Assembly: GCA_964493485.1 (NCBI GenBank)
Contig: CAZBMQ010000006.1
Span: 12,081-71,581, forward strand
DNA from: an uncultured Candidatus Saccharibacteria bacterium
GTDB lineage: Bacteria > Patescibacteriota > Minisyncoccia > Minisyncoccales > JANBVM01
Direction of reading: 5' to 3'
Length of the DNA: 59,501 bases
Under the pieces are notes generated by a model that worked only from the letters and a program-made list of their open reading frames with translations, had not been told where the DNA came from and ran no database searches. Both the position numbers and the translations under genes were made by a program. Positions within the stretch are counted from its first letter, which is position 1, and the number at the start of each line of letters is the position of its first letter. This document shows, piece after piece, positions 18,789 through 28,088 of this stretch.

Positions 18789-20186
18789 ATGATGAAGAAA
18801 AAAAAGAAAAAGGGTACAACAAAAAAAAGAGTAAAAAAGAATAAAAAGAAAAAAGAAGTGAGAAAAACCGAACCTCGACAAATTAAAAAAATAAAAGTTC
18901 GTTTAATTGGAATTGGGGGAGGGGGAAGCTCTATCGTGTCTGAGATAGCTCAGAAGATAAAAGGAGCTTCTTTTTTTGCAGCAAATACTGATTTGAAAGC
19001 TTTGGAAAGGCTTCCAAAGAAAGTAAAGAAGTTTCATTTTGGGGAAGAATTAACCCATGGACTAGGGACAGGTATGAATCCTGAATTAGGTGAAGAAGCT
19101 GCAAAAAATGAAAAAGACAGAATAAAAAGTATTTTAGAGGGCCAGGATTTTGTGATTTTAGTAGCTTGTTTAGGCGGAGGACTTGGATCTGGGGCAGCTC
19201 CTGTATTTGCAAAGCTATCTAAAGATTTAGGAAATCTTACATATGGTATTTTTACACTCCCTTTTAAATTTGAAGGAGAAAAGAAGATGGAGATTGCCAA
19301 AAATTCCTTGGAAACCTTAAAGACTCATTTGAATGCTTTTTCCATTATTCCTAATGAAAGAATCTTTCAGATTATTGACAGAACAGCTCCTTTGAAAGAA
19401 GCACTTTCTGCAATTAACAAAAGCTTGGCTGAGAGTTTGCAGAGTCTAATAGAAATAATTTATCGTCCAGGTCTTATTAATATTGACTTTGCAGATTTTA
19501 AGACTATTTTTGGAGGGAGGGGAAGATTGACTTATTTAAACTCCATAGAGATTGAGAAAGAAGATGAAGAAGCGTTCGAAAGGGTAATAAGTTCTCCTTT
19601 GTATCCCTATAGTATTGATGGTGCAAAGGGGGTATTATTTAATATTTCAGGCCAGAAAACCCTTTCTTTATCTCAGGTAGATAAAATTTCGAAAATTATT
19701 GCCTCCCGTGCTTATAAAGAGGCGAAGATTATTTTTGGAATTTCAAAGAGTGACAAAAGTTCAAAGATCAGGGTGAGTATACTCGCTACAGGTTGCAGAC
19801 AGAAGATTTTTCCTGAAGATTCTAAACCAAAAACGAAAGCAAAACGAAAACAGAAAATAAAACCAAAATCTGTTTTGAAAGAAAAACTTGATGAAAAATT
19901 AAAAGAGAAACCAAAGAAAGAAAAATCTATTAAATCTCCTAAAAAATCCTTAGTGAAGAAAAAGAAAAAAAGAAAAAAGATAAAGAAAATAAAAGTAAAA
20001 GCTATAAAAAGCAATATTTTGCCTCCATTTGTGCAAGAACAGATAGAAGAGAAAAAAGAGGTAAAATTGAGAAAAAACGCTCTCCAGGTGAAAAAAGAAA
20101 TCGAAGAAGAAGAAGCTAAGATAATTTCCAAAGAAAAATTTTGGGAAACCCCCACATTTCTTAGAAAAAAAATGCCACAAGGTTAA
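18789..20186 (+). CDS. ftsZ: Divergent FtsZ with Lys-rich N-terminal extension and linker
   Basis: GIGGGG, ANTD, GLGTGMNPELG, GGGLGSG, PFKFEG, GLINIDFAD; C-terminal ETPTFLRK core peptide. Confidence 0.88.
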   Translation: MMKKKKKKGTTKKRVKKNKKKKEVRKTEPRQIKKIKVRLIGIGGGGSSIVSEIAQKIKGASFFAANTDLKALERLPKKVKKFHFGEELTHGLGTGMNPELGEEAAKNEKDRIKSILEGQDFVILVACLGGGLGSGAAPVFAKLSKDLGNLTYGIFTLPFKFEGEKKMEIAKNSLETLKTHLNAFSIIPNERIFQIIDRTAPLKEALSAINKSLAESLQSLIEIIYRPGLINIDFADFKTIFGGRGRLTYLNSIEIEKEDEEAFERVISSPLYPYSIDGAKGVLFNISGQKTLSLSQVDKISKIIASRAYKEAKIIFGISKSDKSSKIRVSILATGCRQKIFPEDSKPKTKAKRKQKIKPKSVLKEKLDEKLKEKPKKEKSIKSPKKSLVKKKKKRKKIKKIKVKAIKSNILPPFVQEQIEEKKEVKLRKNALQVKKEIEEEEAKIISKEKFWETPTFLRKKMPQG

Positions 20187-20209
20187 TAATATTTAATGAA
20201 ATAAGAAAT

Positions 20210-21076
20210 ATGCCAGTAGGTAAAGAAATTTTAAAAGATATTTTTAAAGAAAGAGAAAAAAATCTTTATTATAGAAAATATGATTTTGGGCTTTTATTAG
20301 TGATTGGAGGTTCGGATTTTTATTCTGGTTCACCGGCCTTATCTGCTATGGCAGCTTTTAATACTGGAGTAGATATGGTAAGGATTATTGCTCCAAAGAG
20401 GGCGGCAGATATTATTGCTTCTTTTTCACCAAATCTTGCAGCTTATCCATTAGAGGGGAAATGGCTAGAGAAAAAACATTTGGCTGTTTTACTTGCTATG
20501 ACAGAGTCAGCAAAGAGTGTTGCGAGAGGCAATGTGGCTGTAGTGATTGGCGGAGGAACAGGAAGAAGCAAAGAGACCCAAGAGGTTATTTTAAAGTACT
20601 TGGAAGAAATTTCAATTCCAGTCGTAATAGATGCAGATGCTATACATGCTGTAGGCAAGAAGCCTGAGATAGTGAAAGGAAAACCGTTTTTGATTACTCC
20701 GCATAGCTATGAGTTCTTCGTGTTGACAAAAAGAGAGGTTTATAAATTGCCGCATAAAGACAAAATCAAAGTGGTAAAAGAAGAGGCTGAAAGACTCAAG
20801 ACCACAATTTTGCTTAAAGAAAAACCAGACATTATTTCAAATGGAAAAGAGGTGGTTTTAAATGAAACTGGAAGTCCATATATGTCTGTGGGAGGAACAG
20901 GAGATGTATTAGCAGGAATCTGCGGCGCTTTAGCTGCAAGAAATATAGATCCATTTATTGTTGCTCAAGCAGCAAGCTATATTAGCGGTAAGGCAGGAGA
21001 GATAGCGGCTAGTAAATTAAAAGAAGGATTAGTTGCGACAGAAGTAATAAAGGCTATTCCTGAAGTTTTGCATTAA
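20210..21076 (+). CDS. nnrD: ADP/ATP-dependent NAD(P)HX dehydratase (stand-alone)
   Basis: IGGS..YSGSPAL, VIDADA, ITPH..EF, GGTGDVLAG (YjeF-C). Confidence 0.9.
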   Translation: MPVGKEILKDIFKEREKNLYYRKYDFGLLLVIGGSDFYSGSPALSAMAAFNTGVDMVRIIAPKRAADIIASFSPNLAAYPLEGKWLEKKHLAVLLAMTESAKSVARGNVAVVIGGGTGRSKETQEVILKYLEEISIPVVIDADAIHAVGKKPEIVKGKPFLITPHSYEFFVLTKREVYKLPHKDKIKVVKEEAERLKTTILLKEKPDIISNGKEVVLNETGSPYMSVGGTGDVLAGICGALAARNIDPFIVAQAASYISGKAGEIAASKLKEGLVATEVIKAIPEVLH

Positions 21077-21092
21077 AAAATCTTAAAAATCT

Positions 21093-22037
21093 ATGCTGTA
21101 TGATTTAATTATAGTTGGCGGTGGGCCGGCTGGTATTACAGCTGGTATTTACGCCGCCAGACAAAAACTTAATACACTTTTGATTACCAAAGAATTCGGT
21201 GGGCAGATAGCAAAGAAAGCGGTAGCTATTGAAAATTATCCAGGATTTGAAGAGATAACAGGTATGGAGTTGATAAAGAGATTTGAAAAACATTTAAGAA
21301 AGCAGAAGATTGATATTGAAAGAGACGAAGTAGTCAAAATAAAAAAGGTAAACGACACCTTTTTTGTTTCAACAGAAAGTAAAAACAAGTTTGAGAGCAA
21401 GACAATTATTATAGCTACTGGGGCTGACCCCAGGCCTTTGGAAGTTCCAGGAGAGAAAGAATTTGTCGGGAAGGGAGTCAGTTATTGTGCCGTGTGTGAT
21501 GGACCTCTGTTTTCGGACAAGATTGTAGCAGTAATAGGGGGAGGGAATTCTGGTTTTGAAACTGCTCAGTTTTTAAACAAGATAGCTAAAAAAATCTATA
21601 TCTTGGAATATGGAGCCAAAGTGAAAGCTGACAGAGAAAATCAGGAAAGAGCAGAGAGGAGTGGAAAGGTAGAAGTAATAACAAATGCAGCTTTAAAAGA
21701 GATAAAAGGAAACAAGTTTGTTACTTCTATTATTTATGAAGACAGGACAACTGGGGAGAAGAAAGAACTGGCAGTAGAAGGGGTTTTTGTAGAAATTGGA
21801 AATCAACCATGCACATCATTTGTAAAGGGTTTGGTGGAGTTTAATGAAAGAGATGAAATAAAAATAGAACCTGAAACATATCAGACAAAAACTCCCGGCC
21901 TATTTGCTGTAGGGGATGTAAATGTTGGTGTATTCAAACAGATTGTGATAGCGTGTGGAGAAGGAGCAAAGGCAGCTTTGGCAGCTTTCAATTATTTGGA
22001 GAAACTTAAGATGAAAGATGAAAAAAACAAGAATTAA
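21093..22037 (+). CDS. trxB: Thioredoxin reductase
   Basis: GGGPAG, GVSYCAVCDG, GGGNSG, GLFAVGD. Confidence 0.9.
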   Translation: MLYDLIIVGGGPAGITAGIYAARQKLNTLLITKEFGGQIAKKAVAIENYPGFEEITGMELIKRFEKHLRKQKIDIERDEVVKIKKVNDTFFVSTESKNKFESKTIIIATGADPRPLEVPGEKEFVGKGVSYCAVCDGPLFSDKIVAVIGGGNSGFETAQFLNKIAKKIYILEYGAKVKADRENQERAERSGKVEVITNAALKEIKGNKFVTSIIYEDRTTGEKKELAVEGVFVEIGNQPCTSFVKGLVEFNERDEIKIEPETYQTKTPGLFAVGDVNVGVFKQIVIACGEGAKAALAAFNYLEKLKMKDEKNKN

Positions 22038-23271
22038 AAAGATAAAAGCCAGGGAAATTTTAGATTCAAGAGGAAACCCCACAATTGAGGTTTTTTTAGA
22101 AACAAATTTAGGAGTGTCAAAAGCTTCTGTGCCGTCTGGGGCTTCTACTGGAAGGTATGAAGCTGTTGAGTTAAGGGATAAAGAAAAAAGATACTTAGGT
22201 AAAGGAGTACAGAGAGCTGTAAGAAATATAAATGAGATTATTGCCCCTAGGTTAATAAACAAGAATCCTGTGTTTCAAAAAGAAATAGATGAGTTAATGA
22301 TAGAATTAGATGGTACAGAAAATAAGTCTAATTTAGGAGCGAATGCAATTTGCGGAGTATCTTTAGCTGTGTGTAGGGCAGGGGCTTTAGCAGAAAAATT
22401 AGAACTATTTGAATATATAAAAGAGAAATTTGAAAAGAAAACAGCGAAAAAGAAATATAAAATTCCAAGTCCTTTATTCAATATTATAAATGGAGGTGTG
22501 CATGCAGGAAGCAAATTAGATGTGCAAGAATTTATGATTAACCCTGAAAAAAAGAGCTTTTCAGAAAGCCTGAGAGTGGGTTCAGAGATATACCACCGTT
22601 TAAAAGAAATTATTTCACAAAAATTCGGAAAACAGGCAACAAACTTAGGAGATGAAGGAGGGTTTGCTCCCCCTTTAATATTTCCCGGGCAAGCCATTGA
22701 ATTAATTTTGGCAGCTGCAAAAACTTTAAATTATAAAAAGAAAATAAAGATTGTTTTAGATGTAGCAGCTTCTCAGTTTTTTGAAGGTGGAAAATATAGA
22801 ATGCGGCTTGGTATCTTTACAAAGCAAGGTTTATTAAGATATTATTTAAATCTTATTTCAAAATATCCAATATTAGGCTTAGAGGATCCTTTTTCAGAAG
22901 ACGACTGGGAGGGATTTAGAGAGATTATGAGACAGACAGGAGAAAAAACCTTGATTATTGGTGATGATTTGCTGGTTACAAACCCATACAGAATAGAAGA
23001 GGCGAGAAAGAAAAAAGCTGTAAACGGAATGATTTTAAAGATAAATCAGATTGGTACAGTATCAGAAGCTCTCTCTGCAGCCAAACTAGCAAAAGATTCT
23101 GGCTGGAAAATAATTGTTTCTCATAGATCCGGAGAAACAACCGATGATTTTATCGCAGATTTTGCAGTGGGGATTGAAGCTGATTTCATCAAAACAGGAG
23201 CTCCTGCGAGAGGAGAAAGGGTTGTAAAATATAATAGATTATTGGAGATAGAAGAGAAACTTTCTTCTTAA
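22018..23271 (+). CDS. eno: Enolase
   Basis: ILDSRGNPT, GDEGGFAP, GDDL, LKINQIGT, SHRSGET. Confidence 0.96.
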   Translation: MKKTRIKKIKAREILDSRGNPTIEVFLETNLGVSKASVPSGASTGRYEAVELRDKEKRYLGKGVQRAVRNINEIIAPRLINKNPVFQKEIDELMIELDGTENKSNLGANAICGVSLAVCRAGALAEKLELFEYIKEKFEKKTAKKKYKIPSPLFNIINGGVHAGSKLDVQEFMINPEKKSFSESLRVGSEIYHRLKEIISQKFGKQATNLGDEGGFAPPLIFPGQAIELILAAAKTLNYKKKIKIVLDVAASQFFEGGKYRMRLGIFTKQGLLRYYLNLISKYPILGLEDPFSEDDWEGFREIMRQTGEKTLIIGDDLLVTNPYRIEEARKKKAVNGMILKINQIGTVSEALSAAKLAKDSGWKIIVSHRSGETTDDFIADFAVGIEADFIKTGAPARGERVVKYNRLLEIEEKLSS

Positions 23272-23321
23272 TCGCATTCTCTTAGAAAAAAGATAAATTC
23301 TTAACTATATTAAGAGTAATT

Positions 23322-24521
23322 ATGAAGATTCTTTTTATTGTTTTAGATGGTCTTGGCGATAAACCTATAAGAGAGTTTGGGAATAAAACACCTTTGGAAA
23401 AAGCTGATACTCCAAATTTAGACTATTTAGCTAAAAATGGGATATGTGGTTTAATGTCGCCCCATTATACTAGGGCTTTACCTACCTCTGAAGAGGGACA
23501 TTTTTCTTTATTTGGATATGATCCAAAGATTTATAAAATGAAGAGGGGTATATTTACAGCAATGGGGGCTGGAATGAAATTAAAAAAAGGAGATGTGGCA
23601 TTAAGAGGAAATTTTGGCACAGTAGATGAGAAACTAAATATGATTGATAGAAGGGCTGGAAGGATAAAAGAAACTCAACCTTTAATAAAATCATTAAATG
23701 GAATGGTAATTGATAATGTGAAGTTTCTTTTAAAACAAGCAGGTGAGCACAGGGTAGGAATTATATTAAGAGGAAAAGGATTAAGCAGTAATATTTCAGA
23801 CGGAGATCCTCATTATGGAAAGTTAGGAAAAAAAGCAAAGAAAATCATTCCTTTAGATAACAGCAGAGAAGCTAAATTTACAGCTGAGGTATTGAATAAA
23901 TTTTTAGCTCGAGCCCACAATATTCTTAAAGCCCATCCATTAAATGAAAAAAGAAAACAAAGAGGTCTTCCTGTGGCTAACTATATTTTAATAAGAGGAG
24001 CCAGTTCTCTTCATAGAATTCCTTCTTTTAAAGAAAGATACCATCTTAGGAGTTGCTGTATTGCAGGAAAGATTCTTTATAAACAGATAGGTAAAATATT
24101 AGGTATGAGATTGATTAATGTAAAAGGAGCCAATGGGCTTGTTTCTACAAACATTAAAGGCAAGATACAGGCTGCTAAAAAAGCTTTAAAAAATTATGAT
24201 TTTGTATTTTTGCATATTAAAGCTACAGATAGTTTGGCTGAAGATGGAAACTTTTTAGGCAAAAAAAGATTTATTGAGAAAATCGACAAACATATTAAAC
24301 CATTATTAAAACTTAAAGACGTCTTGATTGTTGTGACCTCCGATCATTCTACTTGTTGTTCTCTAAAAAGGCACTGTAGTGAACCAATACCTATACTTGT
24401 ATATGGAGATGGAAGAGATTTTGTAGATAGGTTTTCAGAAAAAGCCTGTAGAAAAGGAAAATTAGGTAGATTCGCTCAGTTGAAATTAATGTCAAAACTG
24501 TTAAAATTAGCCAAAAAATAA
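23322..24521 (+). CDS. apgM: 2,3-BPG-independent phosphoglycerate mutase, ApgM (archaeal-type) family
   Basis: LDGLGD, TPLEKADTPNLD, FSLFGYD, ALRGNF, DRRAGRI, TSDHST. Confidence 0.85.
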   Translation: MKILFIVLDGLGDKPIREFGNKTPLEKADTPNLDYLAKNGICGLMSPHYTRALPTSEEGHFSLFGYDPKIYKMKRGIFTAMGAGMKLKKGDVALRGNFGTVDEKLNMIDRRAGRIKETQPLIKSLNGMVIDNVKFLLKQAGEHRVGIILRGKGLSSNISDGDPHYGKLGKKAKKIIPLDNSREAKFTAEVLNKFLARAHNILKAHPLNEKRKQRGLPVANYILIRGASSLHRIPSFKERYHLRSCCIAGKILYKQIGKILGMRLINVKGANGLVSTNIKGKIQAAKKALKNYDFVFLHIKATDSLAEDGNFLGKKRFIEKIDKHIKPLLKLKDVLIVVTSDHSTCCSLKRHCSEPIPILVYGDGRDFVDRFSEKACRKGKLGRFAQLKLMSKLLKLAKK

Positions 24522-24529
24522 AATAAGCG

Positions 24530-24558
24530 TTGGCATTAAAAGATAATCTTGATATAAT
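24530..24558 (+). promoter_or_regulatory. Sigma70-like promoter of the ferredoxin gene
   Basis: TTGGCA, 17 nt, TGn-TATAAT. Confidence 0.7.
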
Positions 24559-24639
24559 AAACATCAGTTAATTTTATAAAGGAAATATACATGAAAGGTC
24601 TTTATTTAGGTAAAATTAACAAAAACAGTAAGAACTATT

Positions 24640-24831
24640 ATGGCACAGTTTAAAGTAAATAAAGAAAAATGTATAAGTTGTGGGGCTTGTATTTCTACTT
24701 GTCCTGGAGGAGCTGATTGGGATGAAGATGGAAAATCAAAGATTATAGATTCTCAAAAAATAGAAGAATGTGGAGGCGAGACAGTCTGTCCTTATGGAGC
24801 TATTGAAAAACAGGCAGAACAACAGGAGTAA
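24640..24831 (+). CDS. Small [4Fe-4S]/[3Fe-4S] ferredoxin
   Basis: CISCGACISTCP and C..ETVCPYGAI motifs in 63 aa. Confidence 0.88.
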   Translation: MAQFKVNKEKCISCGACISTCPGGADWDEDGKSKIIDSQKIEECGGETVCPYGAIEKQAEQQE

Positions 24832-24838
24832 ATATTAG

Positions 24839-24898
24839 TTGACAGAACTATTAGAATTTTGATATATTAAAACCGACCGATAGAGTCGGTTTTAATAT
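24839..24898 (+). promoter_or_regulatory. Promoter with overlapping palindromic Rrf2/IscR-type operator
   Basis: TTGACA (24839), 18 nt, TGn-TATATT; perfect 14-bp arms ATATTAAAACCGAC-7 nt-GTCGGTTTTAATAT; the GAC-N7-GTC core matches IscR type-1 geometry. Confidence 0.75.
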
Positions 24899-24908
24899 GA
24901 TTTGAAAT

Positions 24909-25325
24909 ATGAAATTCTCTAAGAGAACTCAATATGGATTAAGAGCAATGGCATATTTAGCAGAAGTTTTTGGAGAAAAGAAAAAGGTATGTTCTCTAAG
25001 GGAGATTTCCAAACAGGAGGGCATTTCTTTTGATTATTTAGAAAAAGTAATTTCCAGATTAGAAAAAAAAGGATTAGTAAAAGCCAAAAGAGGGGCTCGA
25101 GGTGGTTATTTTTTGGCTCGTTCTCCTCAAAAGATTAGTCTAAAGGAAATAATAAAGACCTTAGAAGAAACTACAGCTGTTGTTGAATGCGTTGCGCAAG
25201 AGAGAGGTAGAAGATATAAATGTCCACGCAGAAAAATATGTAAAACCTTTAATGCCTGGGGAAGGATTCAAGAGGCTTTAGATTCTGTTTTAAACTCTAT
25301 TACATTGTGGGATTTAATAAAATAA
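24909..25325 (+). CDS. iscR: Rrf2-family regulator (IscR-like)
   Basis: YGLRAM, ISFDYLEKV, RGARGGYFLARSP; three Cys in C-x10-C-x5-C. Confidence 0.8.
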   Translation: MKFSKRTQYGLRAMAYLAEVFGEKKKVCSLREISKQEGISFDYLEKVISRLEKKGLVKAKRGARGGYFLARSPQKISLKEIIKTLEETTAVVECVAQERGRRYKCPRRKICKTFNAWGRIQEALDSVLNSITLWDLIK

Positions 25326-25335
25326 TATTAAGAAT

Positions 25336-26499
25336 ATGCCAACAAAAAAAAGAATATATTTAGATTATGCTTCTACCACACCTACTGACCCAAGGGTGAT
25401 AAAAGCAATGCTGCCTTATTTTGATAAAGAGTTTGGAAATACTATGTCTTTGCATAGTTTCGGTCAAAAAGCAAAGCTTGCTTTGGAAGAAAGCAGGGAA
25501 AGAGTAGCTGATTTAATGAATGCAAAAAGTTCTGAGATTATTTTTACAAGTTCTGCTACTGAAAGCAATAATTTGGCTTTAAAGGGGATAGCAGCAGCTT
25601 ATAAGAAAAAAGGACGCCACATAATTATCTCTCCTATTGAACATCCTTGTATTATTGAAACTGCAAAATGGCTGGAAAAGAATGGATTTGAAGTAACGAA
25701 AACAAAAGTTGATAAATACGGTTTAGTGGATCCAAAAGAAGTAAAAAGATTAATAAGAAAAGATACTATCTTAGTCTCTGTAATGCATGCTAACAATGAG
25801 ATAGGGACGATAGAGCCTATAAAGGAAATTGGAGCTGTTTGCAAAAAAGCTGGAGTTTATTTTCATACAGATGCTGCCCAGAGTTTTGGCAAGATACCAA
25901 TAGATGTAGACAAAATGAATATAGATTTATTGACAGCAAGCTCTCATAAAATGTATGGACCAAAAGGAGTTGCTTGTTTGTTTGTAAGAGAGGGGATAAA
26001 GATAGAACCTCTTTTGCATGGCGGGGGGCATGAATTTGGATTGAGGGCTTCTACCGTTAATATTTCAGGTATTGTGGGCTTTGCAAAAGCCTGCGAGATT
26101 TGTAAAAAAGAAATTAAAAAAGAAAACAAAAGACTTTCAAGATTAAGAGATAAGCTAATTTCTAAGATATTGGAAAAAATAGATAATTCCTTTTTGAATG
26201 GTCATCCTAAAAAAAGACTACCAAACAATGTAAATTTTGGATTTTCTTTTGTAGAAGGAGAGTCATTAATTATTCAACTGGATCTTTTAGGAATTGCTGC
26301 TTCCACTGGTTCTGCTTGCTCCTCGCAAAAGTTAGAAGCCAGCCATGTACTACAGGCAATTGGATTAAAGCCTTATCAGATACACGGATCGTTAAGGTTC
26401 AGTTTGGGGAGATGGACAAAAGAAGCAGAGATTGATTATGTGATAAAGATTTTACCTAAAATAGTGAGGAAACTAAGAAAAATTTCACCATTTAAATAA
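25336..26499 (+). CDS. iscS: Cysteine desulfurase IscS/NifS
   Basis: YLDYASTTP, HTDAAQ, SSHKMYGPKG (PLP Lys), STGSACSS. Confidence 0.95.
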   Translation: MPTKKRIYLDYASTTPTDPRVIKAMLPYFDKEFGNTMSLHSFGQKAKLALEESRERVADLMNAKSSEIIFTSSATESNNLALKGIAAAYKKKGRHIIISPIEHPCIIETAKWLEKNGFEVTKTKVDKYGLVDPKEVKRLIRKDTILVSVMHANNEIGTIEPIKEIGAVCKKAGVYFHTDAAQSFGKIPIDVDKMNIDLLTASSHKMYGPKGVACLFVREGIKIEPLLHGGGHEFGLRASTVNISGIVGFAKACEICKKEIKKENKRLSRLRDKLISKILEKIDNSFLNGHPKKRLPNNVNFGFSFVEGESLIIQLDLLGIAASTGSACSSQKLEASHVLQAIGLKPYQIHGSLRFSLGRWTKEAEIDYVIKILPKIVRKLRKISPFK

Positions 26500-26994
26500 A
26501 TGACACAAAGAACCCTTTATACAAAAAAAGTGCTTGAATATTTTAAACATCCGCATAATTTCGGAAAGATTAAAAAACCCGACGGTGTAGGTAAAGTGGG
26601 CAATCTTTTGTGTGGAGATGTGATGAAGATATATATAAAAGTGGGTAAGGATAAAAAAAAGAGAGAGATAATAAAAGATATTAAGTTTGAAACTTTAGGA
26701 TGTGTAGCAGCTTTGGCGACAAGCAGTATGGTTACTGAGTTGGCAAAAGGCAAGACATTAAAAGAGGCATTAAAGATTGACAGGAATAAAATCCTCAAAT
26801 CATTGGGAGGGTTGCCTCCCGTCAAAATTCACTGCTCTGTTTTAGCAAACGATGCTCTTTCTGAGGCAATTTACGATTATTTGTCAAAAAACAATAAAAA
26901 GATACCTAAAAGGTTGAAGCTGACCCATCAGAGAATTCAAAAAGAATTGAAGATGATTGAGAAAAAATATGGAAACTTGCAAGAAATTGTTTAA
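26500..26994 (+). CDS. iscU: Fe-S scaffold IscU/NifU-N
   Basis: GNLLCGD, FETLGC, PPVKIHCS. Confidence 0.93.
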   Translation: MTQRTLYTKKVLEYFKHPHNFGKIKKPDGVGKVGNLLCGDVMKIYIKVGKDKKKREIIKDIKFETLGCVAALATSSMVTELAKGKTLKEALKIDRNKILKSLGGLPPVKIHCSVLANDALSEAIYDYLSKNNKKIPKRLKLTHQRIQKELKMIEKKYGNLQEIV

Positions 26995-28069
26995 AGAAAA
27001 AACTAAAACAAAAGGAAAAGGACGGGTTGTGATAGCTATGTCGGGAGGCATGGATTCTTCTGTAGCCGCCGCTCTTTTAAAAGAATCCGGTGATTTTGAA
27101 GTAGTGGGAGTGTTTATGAAATTTTGGAGTGAAGGCAAGACAGGAAGAAGTCAAAATAAATGTTGTTCTACTGAAGCAGAAAAAAGAGCAAGGAAAGTGG
27201 CAGCTCTTTTAAAGATTCCTTTTTATGTGTTTGATTTTAAAAGAGAATTTAAGAAAAAAATTGTTGATTGTTTTTTAAAGAAGATTAGACAAGGCGTTAC
27301 TCCTAACCCTTGTGTTGTTTGCAATAAAGAAATAAAATTTGGATTATTGTTTGAAAAAGCCAAGAGATTCGGGGCAGATTTTATAGCCACAGGTCATTAC
27401 GCTTGTCTCCGTGAAGGAAAAGAGGGTATAAAGTTAATGAGGGCAAAAGATAAAAATAAAGACCAATCCTATTTTTTATGGAGGCTTTCTCAGAAGCAGT
27501 TAGAGCATGTTTTATTTCCTATTGGGGGTTATACGAGACAAGAAGTAGAGAAATTATCAAAAAAATTTAAATTACCTCTTTCAGGAGTGTCAAAATCTTT
27601 AGAGATTTGCTTTGTTGGAGACACAATAAATGATTTTTTAAGGTCACACCTTTCTATTAGACCTGGCAAGATTATTACTTCAAATGGAAAGGTATTGGGC
27701 ACTCACAACGGATTATGGTTTTATACGATAGGTCAAAGAAAAGGAATTATGCTGCCAGGAGGTCCCTATTATGTGTTGGATAAAGATATAAAGAAAAATC
27801 TTTTGATAGTTACAAAAAATGAAAGAGACCTGTATAAAAAGGAGGTAGGGTTGAAAGAGGTAAATTGGATTTTAAAAGATACACCCAGGTTTCCTTTAAG
27901 CGTGAAGGCAAAGATTAGACATAGACATAAATCCGCAGAAGCTGTGATTGTAAGGAAGAATAAAAGATATAGACTTCAATTTAAAAGACCACAAAGGGCA
28001 ATTACACCTGGTCAATCAGCGGTATTTTATAAAGGAAACCAAGTGTTAGGTGGAGCTGTGATTTATTAA
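26969..28069 (+). CDS. mnmA: tRNA 2-thiouridylase MnmA
   Basis: AMSGGMDSS, PNPCVVCN, ATGHYA, KDQSYFL, EICF, YTIGQRKG, RAITPGQ; start ATG 26969 preferred over TTG 26957. Confidence 0.95.
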   Translation: METCKKLFKEKTKTKGKGRVVIAMSGGMDSSVAAALLKESGDFEVVGVFMKFWSEGKTGRSQNKCCSTEAEKRARKVAALLKIPFYVFDFKREFKKKIVDCFLKKIRQGVTPNPCVVCNKEIKFGLLFEKAKRFGADFIATGHYACLREGKEGIKLMRAKDKNKDQSYFLWRLSQKQLEHVLFPIGGYTRQEVEKLSKKFKLPLSGVSKSLEICFVGDTINDFLRSHLSIRPGKIITSNGKVLGTHNGLWFYTIGQRKGIMLPGGPYYVLDKDIKKNLLIVTKNERDLYKKEVGLKEVNWILKDTPRFPLSVKAKIRHRHKSAEAVIVRKNKRYRLQFKRPQRAITPGQSAVFYKGNQVLGGAVIY

Positions 28070-28088
28070 TAATATCTATTGAAGCAAA

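Noticed and set aside
20210-21076. Stand-alone NnrD without epimerase as a novelty
   Set aside because: Unfused dehydratases are common, and the epimerase may be elsewhere
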